NCBI GenBank assembly: GCA_034780895.1
Contig: JAUZTB010000001.1
Location: 90,360,589 to 90,424,588, forward strand
Source of the DNA: Rhynchobatus australiae
Taxonomy: Eukaryota
Length of the DNA stretch: 64,000 nucleotides
Direction: 5' to 3'
The translations under genes were made by a program, and so were the position numbers. How positions within the stretch are numbered: position 1 is the stretch's first letter; each line of letters opens with the position of its first letter. Below, in pieces: positions 1 through 12,890 of the stretch. Under the pieces are notes generated by a model. It made no database searches and was not told the DNA's origin. It saw nothing but the letters and a program-made list of their open reading frames with translations.

Positions 1-115
1 TTAAGAAGGCTGTGATACTGATGGGTTGCATCAGAAGAGGCAAAGTAAATGCTGTGTCAATATGTCAGAAAGATGTTCCAGATTTAGTGCAAAAGCAAAA
101 TACTACAGTTGCAGT

Positions 116-182
116 AAAAACAGAAAATGTGGAAAAATCCAGCCTCTGTGGAGAGAGAAGCAGAGTTAACATTTCAGATCCA
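116..182 (-). mobile_element. Penelope-like terminal-repeat fragment
   Basis: aaaacagaaaatg..ctgtggagagagaagcagagttaacatttcag matches the repeat unit found next to GIY-YIG remnants elsewhere in the window. Confidence 0.55.
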
Positions 183-310
183 CCTGCATCTTTCTTCTGG
201 TGTTTCCAATNNNNNNNNNNNNNNNNNNNNNNNNNNNNNNNNNNNNNNNNNNNNNNNNNNNNNNNNNNNNNNNNNNNNNNNNNNNNNNNNNNNNNNNNNN
301 NNNNNNNNNN

Positions 311-528
311 AGAGAGTGGTTGGTGCATGGAATGCGCTGCCTGGGGTGGTGGTGGAGGCTGATACATTGGACAAGTTCAAGAGATTGCTAGATAAGCATA
401 TGGATGAATTTAAAATAGTGGGATATGTGGGAGGAAGGGGTTAGATAGTCTTAGGTGTGGTTTGAAGGGTGACACAACATGGTGGGCCGAAGGGCCTGTA
501 TTGTGCTGTATTGTTCTATGGTTCTATG
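311..528 (+). mobile_element. CR1-type LINE 3' end
   Basis: RVVGAWNALPGVVVEADTLDKFKRLLDKHM is the CR1 ORF2 C-terminus. Tail gggccgaagggcctgt..ttctatggttctatg. Confidence 0.85.
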
Positions 529-1044
529 GAAAATGAACGTGTATGAAATTGGAAGCCACTTTTGCCTTAGGTAAGGAATGGATTACCCCAATTTAAATAG
601 CAGAATAGGAGTGTTACTGGCAACAAAAGAATCAATTGATTAAGTATGCAAGAATGTGGGAGATGATGTTCCATATGGGAATGTAAGAGACCATCCATTT
701 AGGGGTTCAAGGTCTACTTCAAATGGTCAGAAATGAAGCATGATAGACCAGAGAGATATAGTGGCACAAAGCCAGTTATCACTATGGGCTAGTGGAACAA
801 AATGGAAAGGTAAAGTGGGCAGTATGAATGTACATCACCAGTGAGTGCAGATAGCAGGCCTCACTCTGCAAATCTGGGCCACCAAAATGTCTTAATTATT
901 CAAAATCAGACCTAGCCTATACAAGAAAAACCTGGCACTCTCTTGCAAAGGCTGATCCTTCTCGGTTGGCTGAAAAAATTTGAAGCTTTTTTTTGCCAAG
1001 GGTATTAACATTTGCAGAACTAAGGCACTACAATGGACTTTTTT

Positions 1045-1209
1045 TTTGGTTCTAATTGTGTTTTTTTCTTGTAAGAATTGTATACAATTTGTTTTCTTAT
1101 GAATGCTGCTTATCTGATGTTATGTGCCTGTGATGCTGCTGCAAGTAAGCTTTTCATTGCACCTGTGCCTACATGTACTTGTGCATATGACAGTAAACTT
1201 GACTTTGAA
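1045..1209 (+). mobile_element. Non-LTR element 3'UTR fragment (family unassigned)
   Basis: Ends atgtacttgtgcatatgacagtaaacttgactttga, resembling a short-repeat LINE tail. Recognised by pattern only. Confidence 0.4.
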
Positions 1210-3939
1210 TTCAATTAGGCATGGTTAAGCTGCAAGCCAATCAAGATGTAATTAAATTGCCAAACAGGCTTCAGGAGTGGAATGGGCTATTCCTATTAGA
1301 TTAACAGCCACAGAAAAGCTGGTATGAACAGTTGCAAATCTACCTTAAATAAAGGTTTGTGCATAAGGAGACCGCTGTAATTTGATTCATTTGTGCTACA
1401 CTAAATTTTTTTAAATTTTGTGTTTTTTTTGGGGTAATTTTCCAAAATTTAATTTAGCTGGAACTCATTCGGTTATTTCTTTAATAGTATGACTAGGCAG
1501 GCAGGAGAGAAACTTATGGATCCAAGTGCAATTTTTAAAGTGANNNNNNNNNNNNNNNNNNNNNNNNNNNNNNNNNNNNNNNNNNNNNNNNNNNNNNNNN
1601 NNNNNNNNNNNNNNNNNNNNNNNNNNNNNNNNNNNNNNNNNNNNNNNNNNNNNNNNNNNNNNNNNNNNNNNNNNNNNNNNNNNNNNNNNNNNNNNNNNNN
1701 NNNNNNNNNNNNNNNNNNNNNNNNNNNNNNNNNNNNNNNNNNNNNNNNNNNNNNNNNNNNNNNNNNNNNNNNNNNNNNNNNNNNNNNNNNNNNNNNNNNN
1801 NNNNNNNNNNNNNNNNNNNNNNNNNNNNNNNNNNNNNNNNNNNNNNNNNNNNNNNNNNNNNNNNNNNNNNNNNNNNNNNNNNNNNNNNNNNNNNNNNNNN
1901 NNNNNNNNNNNNNNNNNNNNNNNNNNNNNNNNNNNNNNNNNNNNNNNNNNNNNNNNNNNNNNNNNNNNNNNNNNNNNNNNNNNNNNNNNNNNNNNNNNNN
2001 NNNNNNNNNNNNNNNNNNNNNNNNNNNNNNNNNNNNNNNNNNNNNNNNNNNNNNNNNNNNNNNNNNNNNNNNNNNNNNNNNNNNNNNNNNNNNNNNNNNN
2101 NNNNNNNNNNNNNNNNNNNNNNNNNNNNNNNNNNNNNNNNNNNNNNNNNNNNNNNNNNNNNNNNNNNNNNNNNNNNNNNNNNNNNNNNNNNNNNNNNNNN
2201 NNNNNNNNNNNNNNNNNNNNNNNNNNNNNNNNNNNNNNNNNNNNNNNNNNNNCTCAATTTATTCTTTACCAAAAAATTAATTTCTTCATGTCATAAACAA
2301 CAAATTTACCCATACATTTTTGCTGTCCTAGTGGAATGTTATTAAGTTATTTGTCTTTCTCTTTGACCATTTTTTTCTTGAAAGTTGTAAGCTTTTGTAA
2401 TCTTAGCTGAAGAGGAAAAGGTGGAATACATTATATTCCAATCACTGGTATATTTCAATTTTCTGCTCAGTCCAGTTCTAATATCATATTTATTCATTCA
2501 ACATTGCTAGCCGCATTCACCAGGGAGCGTTGTACTGCATTTAACCTTTGCTGCATGTCCACTGAGGAGCAAAATAATAACTTGAAAAATATCCTGGTAT
2601 GATTTAAGAGTGATTTAACAGGTCAGGCACTATAAATGAGCCAAAACACAAACTGTCCCCATAAAATGTGATTAAATCTACATCCAAAAGTCACTTGTAT
2701 GAATAAAGATTTTTCCTTCTTGTTTGCTCAAGTAGTCTTAAGCCCTCTGCTAAAGGAAGTCCTTCAGAAGAGTTACAAAAATTTTATTTGCCAAAATGCC
2801 AGATACACTGCAGTTCCAATTTCCTAACAAATCCTGAGGAAGTGTTCTTCATCAATATCGTTTAAGATCTTGTTTAGTCATCCACATTCTCGTAGTTCAT
2901 TGCTTTCCCATGCTATTCAATTCTTTGATGTTGGGCATCAACTTTGAAACTCATCTCAGTATTCAGACTTTATAGTTTGAATACTCTTGTATGCATTGTT
3001 GTCAAAATTGAATAAAGAACTATAATTTTAGCATTACATCACTGGGCACAAATCAAGTGACATAACAAAGTAACATGTTATGTTGATGAACTTGCAGATA
3101 ACAGGAGAAATGAAAGGTCATTGAACTGAGGCATGAACTTGGTTTCTCTCCTAAGAAATGCTGCCTGACCTGCTATATATCCCCAGCACTTACCTTAAAT
3201 CTTTCAAAGCCTAAACTAGGAGTCTAATCTCATTATTTTTTTCTCTACATATGTCATTTTCCTTTGCCTTGCACCATTATCATTTTTGTTGTTTATTCAT
3301 TCCTGTTTTCCACTCTATTACTAGATCCATAATGATGCAATAATTATTTGTACCCTGTTGGGAAAAAAAACCTGCATTTCTTTTAGCAACAAGAGCAACC
3401 AAGCATGAAGACTCAAAAGAGAGTAGGAGATTGGAATAGGGGAGGGGGAAATCAATGCTTGCCCTAGCTCTTTTCAACAACTACACAGTAATATGCCTTA
3501 CAATAAATCCTGGAACTTCATCTATTCCAATCTCATTGCACTGCTGCCACAAGTATCAACTGCTAAAGGAAATAGGATGCTTGCAAGTGACTTTCATCAA
3601 CTAAAATGCCCCTTCTGGACTTCATGCTGCCAAGCTGATCCAGATTGGGTGAATGTTCAACGACATTGGCTCTTGCAAATTCTACTGCTGAATACAGCTC
3701 CACCTCACGGTCCACAGGAAGACGCTGAGCTTTCTGAAGACATATGTACAAAAATCCTTAAGTCTAATCCAACTGAGCGTCTACTGTTTTTGCCTCTCTT
3801 TGTTAATCACGATTCCAATACTCTCCGTAAAATAGAAAAAAGTGATGAGTAACTGGTCAAATCATAATTGTTTGGATAGGTCCAATGTGCAGGATTTCTA
3901 ATGCTTTATGTTTGATTGCCAATCTTTTACTAATATACT

Positions 3940-4124
3940 GATGGAGGCATTTGATCTCACAACATTGGAGAAGCATCTGGACAGGTACTTGGTTCATCAG
4001 GGCATGGAGGGCCTACAGGTGTAGTGAGGGTGCATTGGATTGGTGTTGTTGTGTACAATGGGCAACACTGGCATGGTGGGCTGAAGGGCCTGTTTCAGTG
4101 CTGTGCATTTGTACAATTCTATGA
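3940..4124 (+). mobile_element. CR1 3' end, degenerate
   Basis: ggcatggtgggctgaagggcctgtttcagtgctgt..ttctatg tail shared with other CR1 copies. Confidence 0.7.
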
Positions 4125-4477
4125 TTGGTGCTTCACAACTCAGATAGCTAGGTTCCTGAATGTGAATGTCATTTGGCTGATTCTAATTTCCTAATTTTCT
4201 TTGGTTTTCTGCTGTTAAACTGAAAAGGTTATTTCATAGCACTGAAGTGCCTCACCTGAGTTTTTAATTGTTAGTGAGATATCCACGTTAGTGTTTTATT
4301 ATTGAAGCACAAACACAACATGCTGTGTTCCAACTATGATCCATTATGTTATTACCAACATTCACCTTCTCCAACTTTCTCATTCTTTTTAACATGCACT
4401 CAATTCTCATATTTATAAAGCCTAAAACTGAAGCTCATTCCTTAAGCAATCAGCATTACACAAAGTACACACAACAG

Positions 4478-4818
4478 GGGCAATAGATAGATTGAATAAA
4501 CACAGGTCTTTTCCCTCGGGTTGGGGAATCAAGAACTGGAGATCATAAGTTTAGGATGAGAAGGGATATATTTAATAGGAACCCAAGGGTTAACATTTTT
4601 TACCCAGATTGTGGTCTGTATATGGAATGAGCTGCCAGAGGAAGTGTTAGAGGCAGGTACATTAACAATATTTGCAAGACACTTGGACAGGTACATGGAT
4701 AGGAAAGCTTTAGAGAAATAAGACCCGTATGCAGGCAAATGGGACTAGCTTAGATGGACATCTTGATCAGTGTGAACCAGTTGGGCTAAAGGCCCTGCTT
4801 CCATGCTGTACGATTCTA
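4478..4818 (+). mobile_element. CR1 3' end
   Basis: tggaatgagctgccagaggaagt (WNELPEE) plus tail ttgggctaaaggccctgcttccatgctgta. Same subfamily as 43157-43538 and 44270-45110. Confidence 0.85.
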
Positions 4819-7183
4819 ATACAATACCAACCAATACAATTAAAAATGACTTGGCAAACCCAATACAAAAGTGTTTAAAATCACACCTGCCTATCTGAGA
4901 AACAACAGATAACAACCTTGCAGCAAGCACAAGACACACAGTACCCAGATGGAAAGAACTGTGAGACGCATTCAATTCAGGGAACAATTACCTGGTAACT
5001 GAAATCCACACGCCCCCCCCGACNNNNNCAACCCCCCCCAAACTCTGCCCCCCACCCCCCTCGCAGTGGAGGTCCCTGGCTTCAACCTCCTTTGGAGATG
5101 GTGAAGATTTCCCAGCAGAATCTCCATAGGTCATAAACAATCTGGGCACCTGATTCACAAAGGGAAGATGCTCAATGACCCACATTAGCCAAAAGCCACA
5201 GTCAATAGAACACGACTTCAAAGTGCCCAAATGGACACCACAGTTCTCCACTTGACCTCTCAGAAGGCCATTTATTAAATCTACAGAATGGATATGAGGG
5301 TTTACAATTCATACCAAAGAAGAATGCAAGGTTGTATACAGCTACAATACCATTTGCAACCAGATTGAAGATGATCAGATAATTCTCCTTCAATCAAGCT
5401 CGATGACTACAATGGTACAAGTGGCTGGATTTCATTTTATTCCAAATAATTTATATTCAACTCTACTCAATGTATTTTCCTAAACAAATAACTTGGCTTT
5501 TATTGGGACAATTCAGTGTGGTTTGAATCATAATTCTGTAGCTTACATTTTCTAAACAGACAATATTTTCTGATACATTGACTTTGTTTGCCATACAACA
5601 ATGAGTGGGCTGCAAATAATGATAGTGCAATGCATGTCCTCCCTCCAAATATGGCTGTCATAGTGTTGTCAAAAGATAGCCTGACAATGTGAATCACAAG
5701 CCATACAAAGACTCTAGTATTTCTACATCATGTCTAAAAGATGTTAGATGGAAACTCTTAATATGTCATTCTACAACAGCCATATTTGTAGCCTCTATGT
5801 TCAAATGAAAACATGAATACTGTTGGTGCTTTAAAGGAGTGCTCAACACCAAATAAGCTGAAACAACAAATTCCCTCATACCCTGACAACCACAGAGAAA
5901 GAAATCCAACAATCTCGATTTATGATCTATTAATCCTGAACTACCTGAAACCATGGTCATTCAAGTAAAAGTTATTACACATTAATCCACTCAGTGTTCA
6001 AACTTATGAAGAAATTATCTACATAACATGCTAATAATCATACATCTCTGAGAAAATCTCGTCATCTTTAAACATTATAACTTTCCTTATCCATTCTTAT
6101 ACTTAATATTTAATTTGTAAGTTATGCTGTAAATGCATAGTCCTGCCTATTGTGACAAGACCAATGCAGTTGTAGCCACTCTTCAGCTAAACATGTAGAG
6201 AAGTGCTTTTGGCTCACCAAATACTTTGCTTAACCAATTCTCCCATCTCTTATCATTTCTAATAATATTGCATCGAAGTACTACTTGAAAATAAAAGTGT
6301 ATAATTCTACTCCATGATTTCATGAATTCCTTGAACCTCAATATCTCTTCAAAAACGTCTCGTTATAAATATGGTACAATTTACTTAAACTAAAATCATT
6401 AAATTTTGCTCTGCCATAAATTACCCTAATCCTACTAAGATTTTCCCTCTCTCAAAATGCAAACCAAAATTGCCAGCAATCATACTGAATACAACAAAGA
6501 TTCACCAAAGCAGACCATGAATCCATTAATATATTTATACAAGTAATATCAATCACTTATTCAGTGGTTGAACATAGGACTGTTTTGAGCTGAAGGCTTG
6601 GCCACCAGAGATAAAGCAAATAGATTCAGGGATAACCAAGAGATCAGGAGTACAGGGGTGTAGATATTGTGTAAGCTTGAGGAAATAACAGCTATGGGGA
6701 GGGGCAAAGCTAAAAAGGGAAATTAAAAGCAGAGAAGTTTCTTTTAAAAACACACTGCTTAACCAGAAACCAGAGGAGGTTGGCATATTTACAGATGATT
6801 TGTGAATAGAATTTATGAAACAATTCAAGTTAATTTCATGCTTGGATTTAATGAATGCGTAATTCATTGCAAAATAGGAAGTACCAATGTGATCTATGTT
6901 ATATCACCACTCCTATAACCTAAATGTTACAATTATTACATTTTACAAAATCAATTTTGAAAAGTATTAAGACAATAAGAACAAGGAAGATGTTAAGAAC
7001 AATTGGCTCTGTCTTTTTAAGATTGTATCAGTCTGCAACTTCAGATTTAGTCCTGAAAAATATAGATCTATTTTTAAAGCAAAAGATGCTGATAGTTTCT
7101 AAAACTTCACAGGTTCATTGAAAACCAAGTACAAAAAAAACACTTCTGAATAGCAGGCAGTGACTGCAGAATCAGTGAGTTCA

Positions 7184-7345
<162 letters not shown>

Positions 7346-7469
7346 TTACTCTTTTAAGTTAGGCCTTTGTTACAACTGATCCATAAAGGATTCAACATTT
7401 ACTGTAGACTACAATTTTTCTACTTTAGTGCCCTGGCTTATAATTATCAATCAATCAATATCACTAAAA

Positions 7470-7635
7470 CAGATCAGGTTATCACAATGTTGCTTGTGGA
7501 ACTTGCTGTTTGCACATCGCCAATCACTTTTCCTTTACCACAACATCATCTGCACTTCATAAGTACATCATTGGTTACAAAGTGGATGACTTGAGGTCAC
7601 GAAAGGGGCTTTATAAAATCAATTCTGTATTTTCC
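7470..7635 (+). mobile_element. DeuSINE (SacSINE1-like) 3' part
   Basis: ttgcttgtggaacttgctgtttgcaca..cacttcataagtacatcattggtt..gaggtcacgaaagg resembles the Deu-domain end and tail. Similar copy at 61630-61780. Confidence 0.55.
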
Positions 7636-8689
7636 TGTCTTTAAGAAAAAGACCCTTTTGAACTGCATCCCACCCCATAAGGTGTTGTTTGGTTTAGGCC
7701 CATCCCCCAAACTGTCTTTCCTCACCACGTAATTGAACTTGTTGACATCTTGGAAGTATATGCTCATCTTTCCCACAATTCCCTTTGATCAGTTTTTCCC
7801 CACCAACGCCACGATACTGAACAGCCCTTACAGAGTGAGAAAAGCAGACTCAAGAAAGCAGCCATTAGGGCTTCTGAATATGTGGCATTTTATACGAAAA
7901 GCAATCCATTTAGCCATGCTCTTTACCAATGCACCTGTTAAACCAATTTCCTACAGAAGGTTACCATGAAGTCCGTTTACCATCAAGTCTGTTTCCACTT
8001 GTCTATCAGTGATACACTGAATCTTTTTTGTCTTCTGGTCTCTTTTGGCTCTTATGAATTACTTAAACCTATACAGGTGATTTTTTTTAGTCATTTGATA
8101 CTGTGGGGCAATAAGTCACCACCATGTCAATTGGGTTGGCAGTTACAGCCAAGTCCCTCTTTTGCCACTCCTCCAGTCAGACCACGTATGAACAAACATC
8201 TCAGAGTGTAGTGCTGCTGCGCTCTTCATCTGCGGGGCATTTTCTTTGTGAGAGACCGCAGTGACTACCGCCAGATCTTACACCCAGTTCCTTCAAGTAA
8301 TCCCTTGGCCTTTACTCCACTTCCAAAAAGTTGCTGTGTTTTACCCTACTACTCCCCTGAATTCCTTCTGCACAACCCTTCTCCCATGAACCCCAATCCT
8401 CGAATCCTATCCCTTTCCCTGATACCCCCACTTCCTAAACCCCTTCCTAATCCAAAAGCCTTGTCCATCCGCTGAGACTAATGTTGGTCTCAGCTGTTAA
8501 ATATCATCGGTGGGTCACTTCGTCATCTCCGGTAAAATAGATGAACATGAGAGAAAAACATCTTGTAGGAACACATCTCTGTGTATAATATGGGATTCAA
8601 TGGGAAAAGGAGGCTGGCGTTATTGAAAATCATAATATGGACAGTTTGAGGAACACTACGCAGGGGCAGTCTGTACTGTACAGTCATTG

Positions 8690-9200
8690 GCACCTTTCCT
8701 CCACTGTCCAACTTGATGGACTACTCTTGTTATGTACTATTCTTACCAACATATCACCTGTAATCACTTATCTTCAAATTCCTGCATCATCTCTCTCAAA
8801 ACCTTCGGGAATTTCCATCTCTAGTCCCTTTTATTATCCACATGTTGCTCTCAGCAACTCATCCAAAATCACAGCATTGATTTCCATTCTCTCTAGTTTA
8901 TCAGATTGTTTGACATCTAGTACCGAGGAGCAAAAACTTCTTCCGGCTAAATATTAAAGCTCCATTCCCCAGCCACTGACTCCATCCCTCTTCCTGTCTG
9001 CAACTGAATCAGACAGTTCACAAACTTGACTCCATATTTAATTCTGAAATGAGCTTCAGATCGCATTGTATGTCATCATTAAAATCATCTATTTTTAAAT
9101 CTACTCTGTATTAATCTCCTCCTGCCATACTTAATCTGTCACTGAATCCTCATCCTTTGATAAATGTATACTTGACAACTCCAATGCCCACTTGGCTAGC
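8690..9200 (+). mobile_element. L2 LINE RT C-terminal remnant
   Basis: Degenerate LSDCL..SKNFL.LNI..DSIPLP..LNQTV.NL..F..EMSFR..LDNSNAHLA across frameshifts. Confidence 0.65.
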
Positions 9201-9499
9201 AGCTGTGAACACTTTGAAAAACCACCAATGAAGTTGCTGGTTACAGAGTCTATGGTTTGGGTATCACTTTATAAAATCCACAATGCAGATTGCCAAAAGT
9301 GAACAAAATACCATGGATGATACTTTTTGTTTCAGCTAATCATTAACTGTTATATTCAAGTAAGATAAAGTTATAAGAAGAATGAGAACATCCCAGATCT
9401 ACTCCAATGCAAAGGCCCGTCCAAAAGCCTTACTACCCCACCCTGTAGCACCTTCTTGAACCACGGCAGTGTATGCAATCAGGGTATTTGCATAACGTT

Positions 9500-9635
9500 G
9501 ACACAAGAAATTCTGCAGATGCTGGAATCTGGAGCAATACATGAAAAGTGCTGGATGAACTCAGCAGGTCAGGCAGCATATGGAGGGAAATAGTCAACAT
9601 TTCGGGCCTTCATCAGACATGAAGAGGGTAGAAGC
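9500..9635 (-). mobile_element. Penelope-like terminal repeat with hammerhead-like core, truncated by a gap
   Basis: Minus strand reads GTCTGATGAAGGCCCGAAATGTTGACT..ATGCTGCCTGACCTGCTGAGTTCATCCAGCAC. Confidence 0.7.
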
Positions 9636-9735
9636 NNNNNNNNNNNNNNNNNNNNNNNNNNNNNNNNNNNNNNNNNNNNNNNNNNNNNNNNNNNNNNNNN
9701 NNNNNNNNNNNNNNNNNNNNNNNNNNNNNNNNNNN

Positions 9736-10130
9736 CATAATCTGATAACATATTTAGGTCCACATGTACACCATTGACACCCAAGACTGTTATCTACCAT
9801 TTCTTTCAAACTCACCATTGCCCCTCTTTTGTTACACCATATGTTCAATATCCAGTAAGGCATGAGCAGAAATTTTCTCCAAATTGATATTAATATGATC
9901 AAACTTACCACATCGGGTACCTATCATAGATTTTATTTCCCTGGCCTCTGTGATGAACCAAATATGCGTATCCAACTTGGCCCGAAGGTCAGATCATGGG
10001 ATCGTACCTATGCCATCATTGATATAGTCCACTTGTACCTCCGTAAGATTGCCCTGTTCCATTCTAGCCTCAGATCAACAGGTGGTTATAAAGTCATCCC
10101 TCCCTTTGTTAGATTTGGATTTGACCTCCT
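9736..10130 (+). mobile_element. L2 LINE RT remnant (explains most of ORF 9862-10395)
   Basis: HMYTIDTQ (YADDTQ-like), IQ*GMSRNFLQI, LYLRKIA and IPPFVRFGFD (IHAFVTSRLD-like). Confidence 0.7.
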
Positions 10131-12170
10131 CAATTTGAATGGTCACAGACCAGGGATTCCTCCAAGTCGACAAGGATATTATATTTTTTCCCCAAGGGGA
10201 GTTGTAACATGTACTTTCTATCCTGAAAATCTTGTGAAGAAGCTTGAAGTACTTGGTTTAGAAGCCAGATACACAAACGACAGGACCCACCCGCAACAGC
10301 TGATGGAGCCTGATCATAGACTCGATGGTGGAAATGTCACCATGGGAAAGGATGTGACCACTCAAATGGGGAAAATCCATCCAGGAAGTCAATAAGCGCA
10401 ATGGGAGTAAGTGGAGTGCACGTGCAGACAGTGGAAGCAGCGCATAACATCCTAAAAAATCATTCACCCATCCTCTAAAGCACCTCCTGGCCCTCTTCAA
10501 CTGAATCAGCGAATCCCAGAGTTGATTCCAGCCACCTCAGAACATACAGAACTGAAGTGAAAGCAAGTCATCATTGATTCCAAGTAATTGCCTATAAAAG
10601 GAGAAGGAGGTAGGTAGAGGATATCAAGTGGATTTGCAAGATCTTGTGTTAAAAGCTTTGGTGATAATTCAGTACGTTGAATTGTTTCCTGTAGGCTGTC
10701 CATGCATAAAGGAGAATGGAGATCCTTGCCATGACTTTCCCTTTGGCAGGCAGTGGAGAGATCCCCTGTGATTACCTCACACAAAGACTTTTTTTTGAAG
10801 ATATCATCACCACATACATCTCCTCTTCCCAGCTGAGGGGGAAGAGATCAAGTCTTGGTACTACAGCAAGGATTTTGTCTGCTACAGCATCATTACAGTT
10901 GCTAATTGGACATTTCAACCTCTGGCCAAATCAAGAGTAATATACTGTAAACTGGTATCAAGAACACTGCAGGAAAGAGCATCTCAGTCAAGGAAATTCT
11001 TTCAAGTGCTGCTTCCCGTGGGTACATTGCCTCTCTCATCTTTGATTAGCTCTCCCCCTTTCTTGTTTTTCAGCAAGATGGGTCAATAGATGTCCAAGCA
11101 GAAATAGTCTTGATGGTTCAGAAAGAACAACGATGATCAGCCAACTGCTGGAACATACCATCTGTTCTTTATGTTCCAGCCTTCTTTATATCAGCCTTCA
11201 GATGTTTCTATGTCCATTCTTTCTCCCCTCATGACAAGATTAGCTTTCCTGCCTAAGAGTACCCATATTATTTGAGAATTCAGACATTCCTGGATCTTCC
11301 AGTTATCCTCAGCAATATTCTGTGTTTTCCGATCGACCAGCCAAGCTTCTTCACAGGTGCCAGTTATAATGAACTTCAGAGCAGTCCAGGCACTATGGAC
11401 ACCGTGCCTACTGCTGGTAAAAAGTTGTCCAGTTGGCAGCTGTGTCTGAGTAGAGCTTCCTTCAAGATGTCTTTGAGTCCTTCCTTCAGGATTGATTTTC
11501 CCACAGCGGGTTCCTGCTGCTGTCACTGTTTCAGGGCCAGGTTAATGGAGACTGATGGCCCAAAAGTCATCAGCAAAGCCCAGGTGACATAGACATCCCC
11601 ACAGTCTCTCACTTGCAAGGGCAGGCACAGTAGTGTAGCGGTTAGCATAACGCTTTACAGTGACAGCAACCCAGGTTCAAATCCGGCCACTGTCTATAAG
11701 GAATTTGTACATTCTCCCCGTGTCTGCGTGGGTTTCCTCTGGGTGCTCTGGTTTCCTCCCACTCCAAAGATGTACAGGTGTTAGGAAGTTGTGAGCATGC
11801 TATGTTGGCACTGGAAGCGTGGCGACACTTGTGGGCTGCCCCCAAATCACTGCGCAAAAAGATGTATTGCACTGTGTGTTTTGATGTACATGTGACTAAT
11901 AAAGATATCTTATCTTATCATGTAACCTTGTAGGTGTCAATGCATGGATCGAGTTTGTTGTCGAGCAAGTTGTTGGTAATAATAGGCCTGAGGGAAAGAG
12001 TGGGCCTGGATTTGAAACCTATGATTTCTTGCAGCAATGTTACCCAGAAGCCTGTCCACTAATACATCATGAATAATATTATCCCTTACCAGTTTTAAGT
12101 TCTTTTCCATGTCCTTTCCTTCATGCTTTTCTCCAGAATTTTTCATTTTGTTCCAGCAGCACACACTGTT
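10125..12170 (-). mobile_element. Degenerate RTE-clade LINE (endonuclease to RT), interrupted by a SINE, with an inverted 3' segment
   Basis: Minus strand across frameshifts: RDCGDVYVT (EN), WTALKFIITGTCEEA, GGELIKD, GNHRGISPLPAKGKVMARI (GNYRGISLL-like), TKAFN, STIESMIRLHQL. The 3' end with purine tail lies on the plus strand at 10353-10620. Confidence 0.75.
11621..11919 (+). mobile_element. Full-length tRNA-derived V-SINE
   Basis: A box tagtgtagcggtt, B box ggttcaaatcc, V-domain ttctccccgtgtctgcgtgggtttcctctgggtgctctggtttcctccc, tail taataaagatatcttatcttatc. Inserted in the RTE. Confidence 0.9.
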
Positions 12171-12735
12171 TTACTATTATTCCTACCTAACTTCCCTTTA
12201 GAAAAGATCCGGGTGTTCCAGAAAAACTCTAGTATTTTGCACTTTGATAACTATACTACAATACATTTTTGCTTTGATAAGTCGCACCCCACCCCAAATT
12301 TTTATTCAAAATGTCGGAAATGCTTTTGCTGTGTTTCNNNNNNNNNNGATGTAAAAATTGAATGTCAATTCCTTCGTTGGCTCCAAAAGTTCTCCTTGCT
12401 TTTGGGAACAGTGTGAAGTGTAATGGAATGGCCAAAATCATGCATTCACAGTTTTCTGTATATTTACAGCAAGACAATAAGACAGCTGAAAGCTACATTA
12501 AAGATTAGAATGCTGCTTATTTTAGCTCATGATTGCAGCAAATAGAAGGAAATCATTTCTCTGGAATATCAAAGCTTAACTCACCCTCAGTTCCTGAACA
12601 TCTGAAACAACAATACCTTGCATTTGCAGGAAAATAATAAAACAAAATTTGACAGTGCGCCACAAAAGGGGATAGTGAGATAAATGAGCTAAAAACTTAG
12701 TCAAAGTGAGGGCCTTGAGAGAATAACGAATATTT

Positions 12736-12886
12736 GGGCAGCACAGCTGCTGCCTCACAGCTCCAGTTAACTGGGTTCAATCCTGAATGTGGGGTTTGCA
12801 CATTCTCACTGTAACTGTATGGCATCCTCCTGGTGCTCCTGTTTCCTCCCGTATCCCAAAGATGTGTAGGTTGGTAGCTGAATTGT
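12736..12886 (+). mobile_element. Older V-SINE (HE1-like) 5' half
   Basis: gctgcctcacagctccag..gggttcaatcctg B box followed by a degenerate V-domain. Confidence 0.7.
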
Positions 12887-12890
12887 AAGG

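Noticed and set aside
1489-2280. Long ORFs here and at 34361-34864 and 55864-56914
   Set aside because: They are open only because they run through N gaps.
9862-10395. 177-aa ORF, the longest gap-free ORF; considered as a novel gene or endogenous viral element
   Set aside because: It is a chimera of an L2 RT remnant and antisense/inverted RTE sequence.
11530-11600. CHLGFADDFW on the minus strand, resembling an RT catalytic motif
   Set aside because: It lies in the RTE endonuclease region, where another frame (RDCGDVYVT) fits the family. Coincidental.
11621-11695. tRNA gene (also 41345-41419)
   Set aside because: The A/B boxes are SINE heads continuing into V-domain and tail, not standalone tRNAs.
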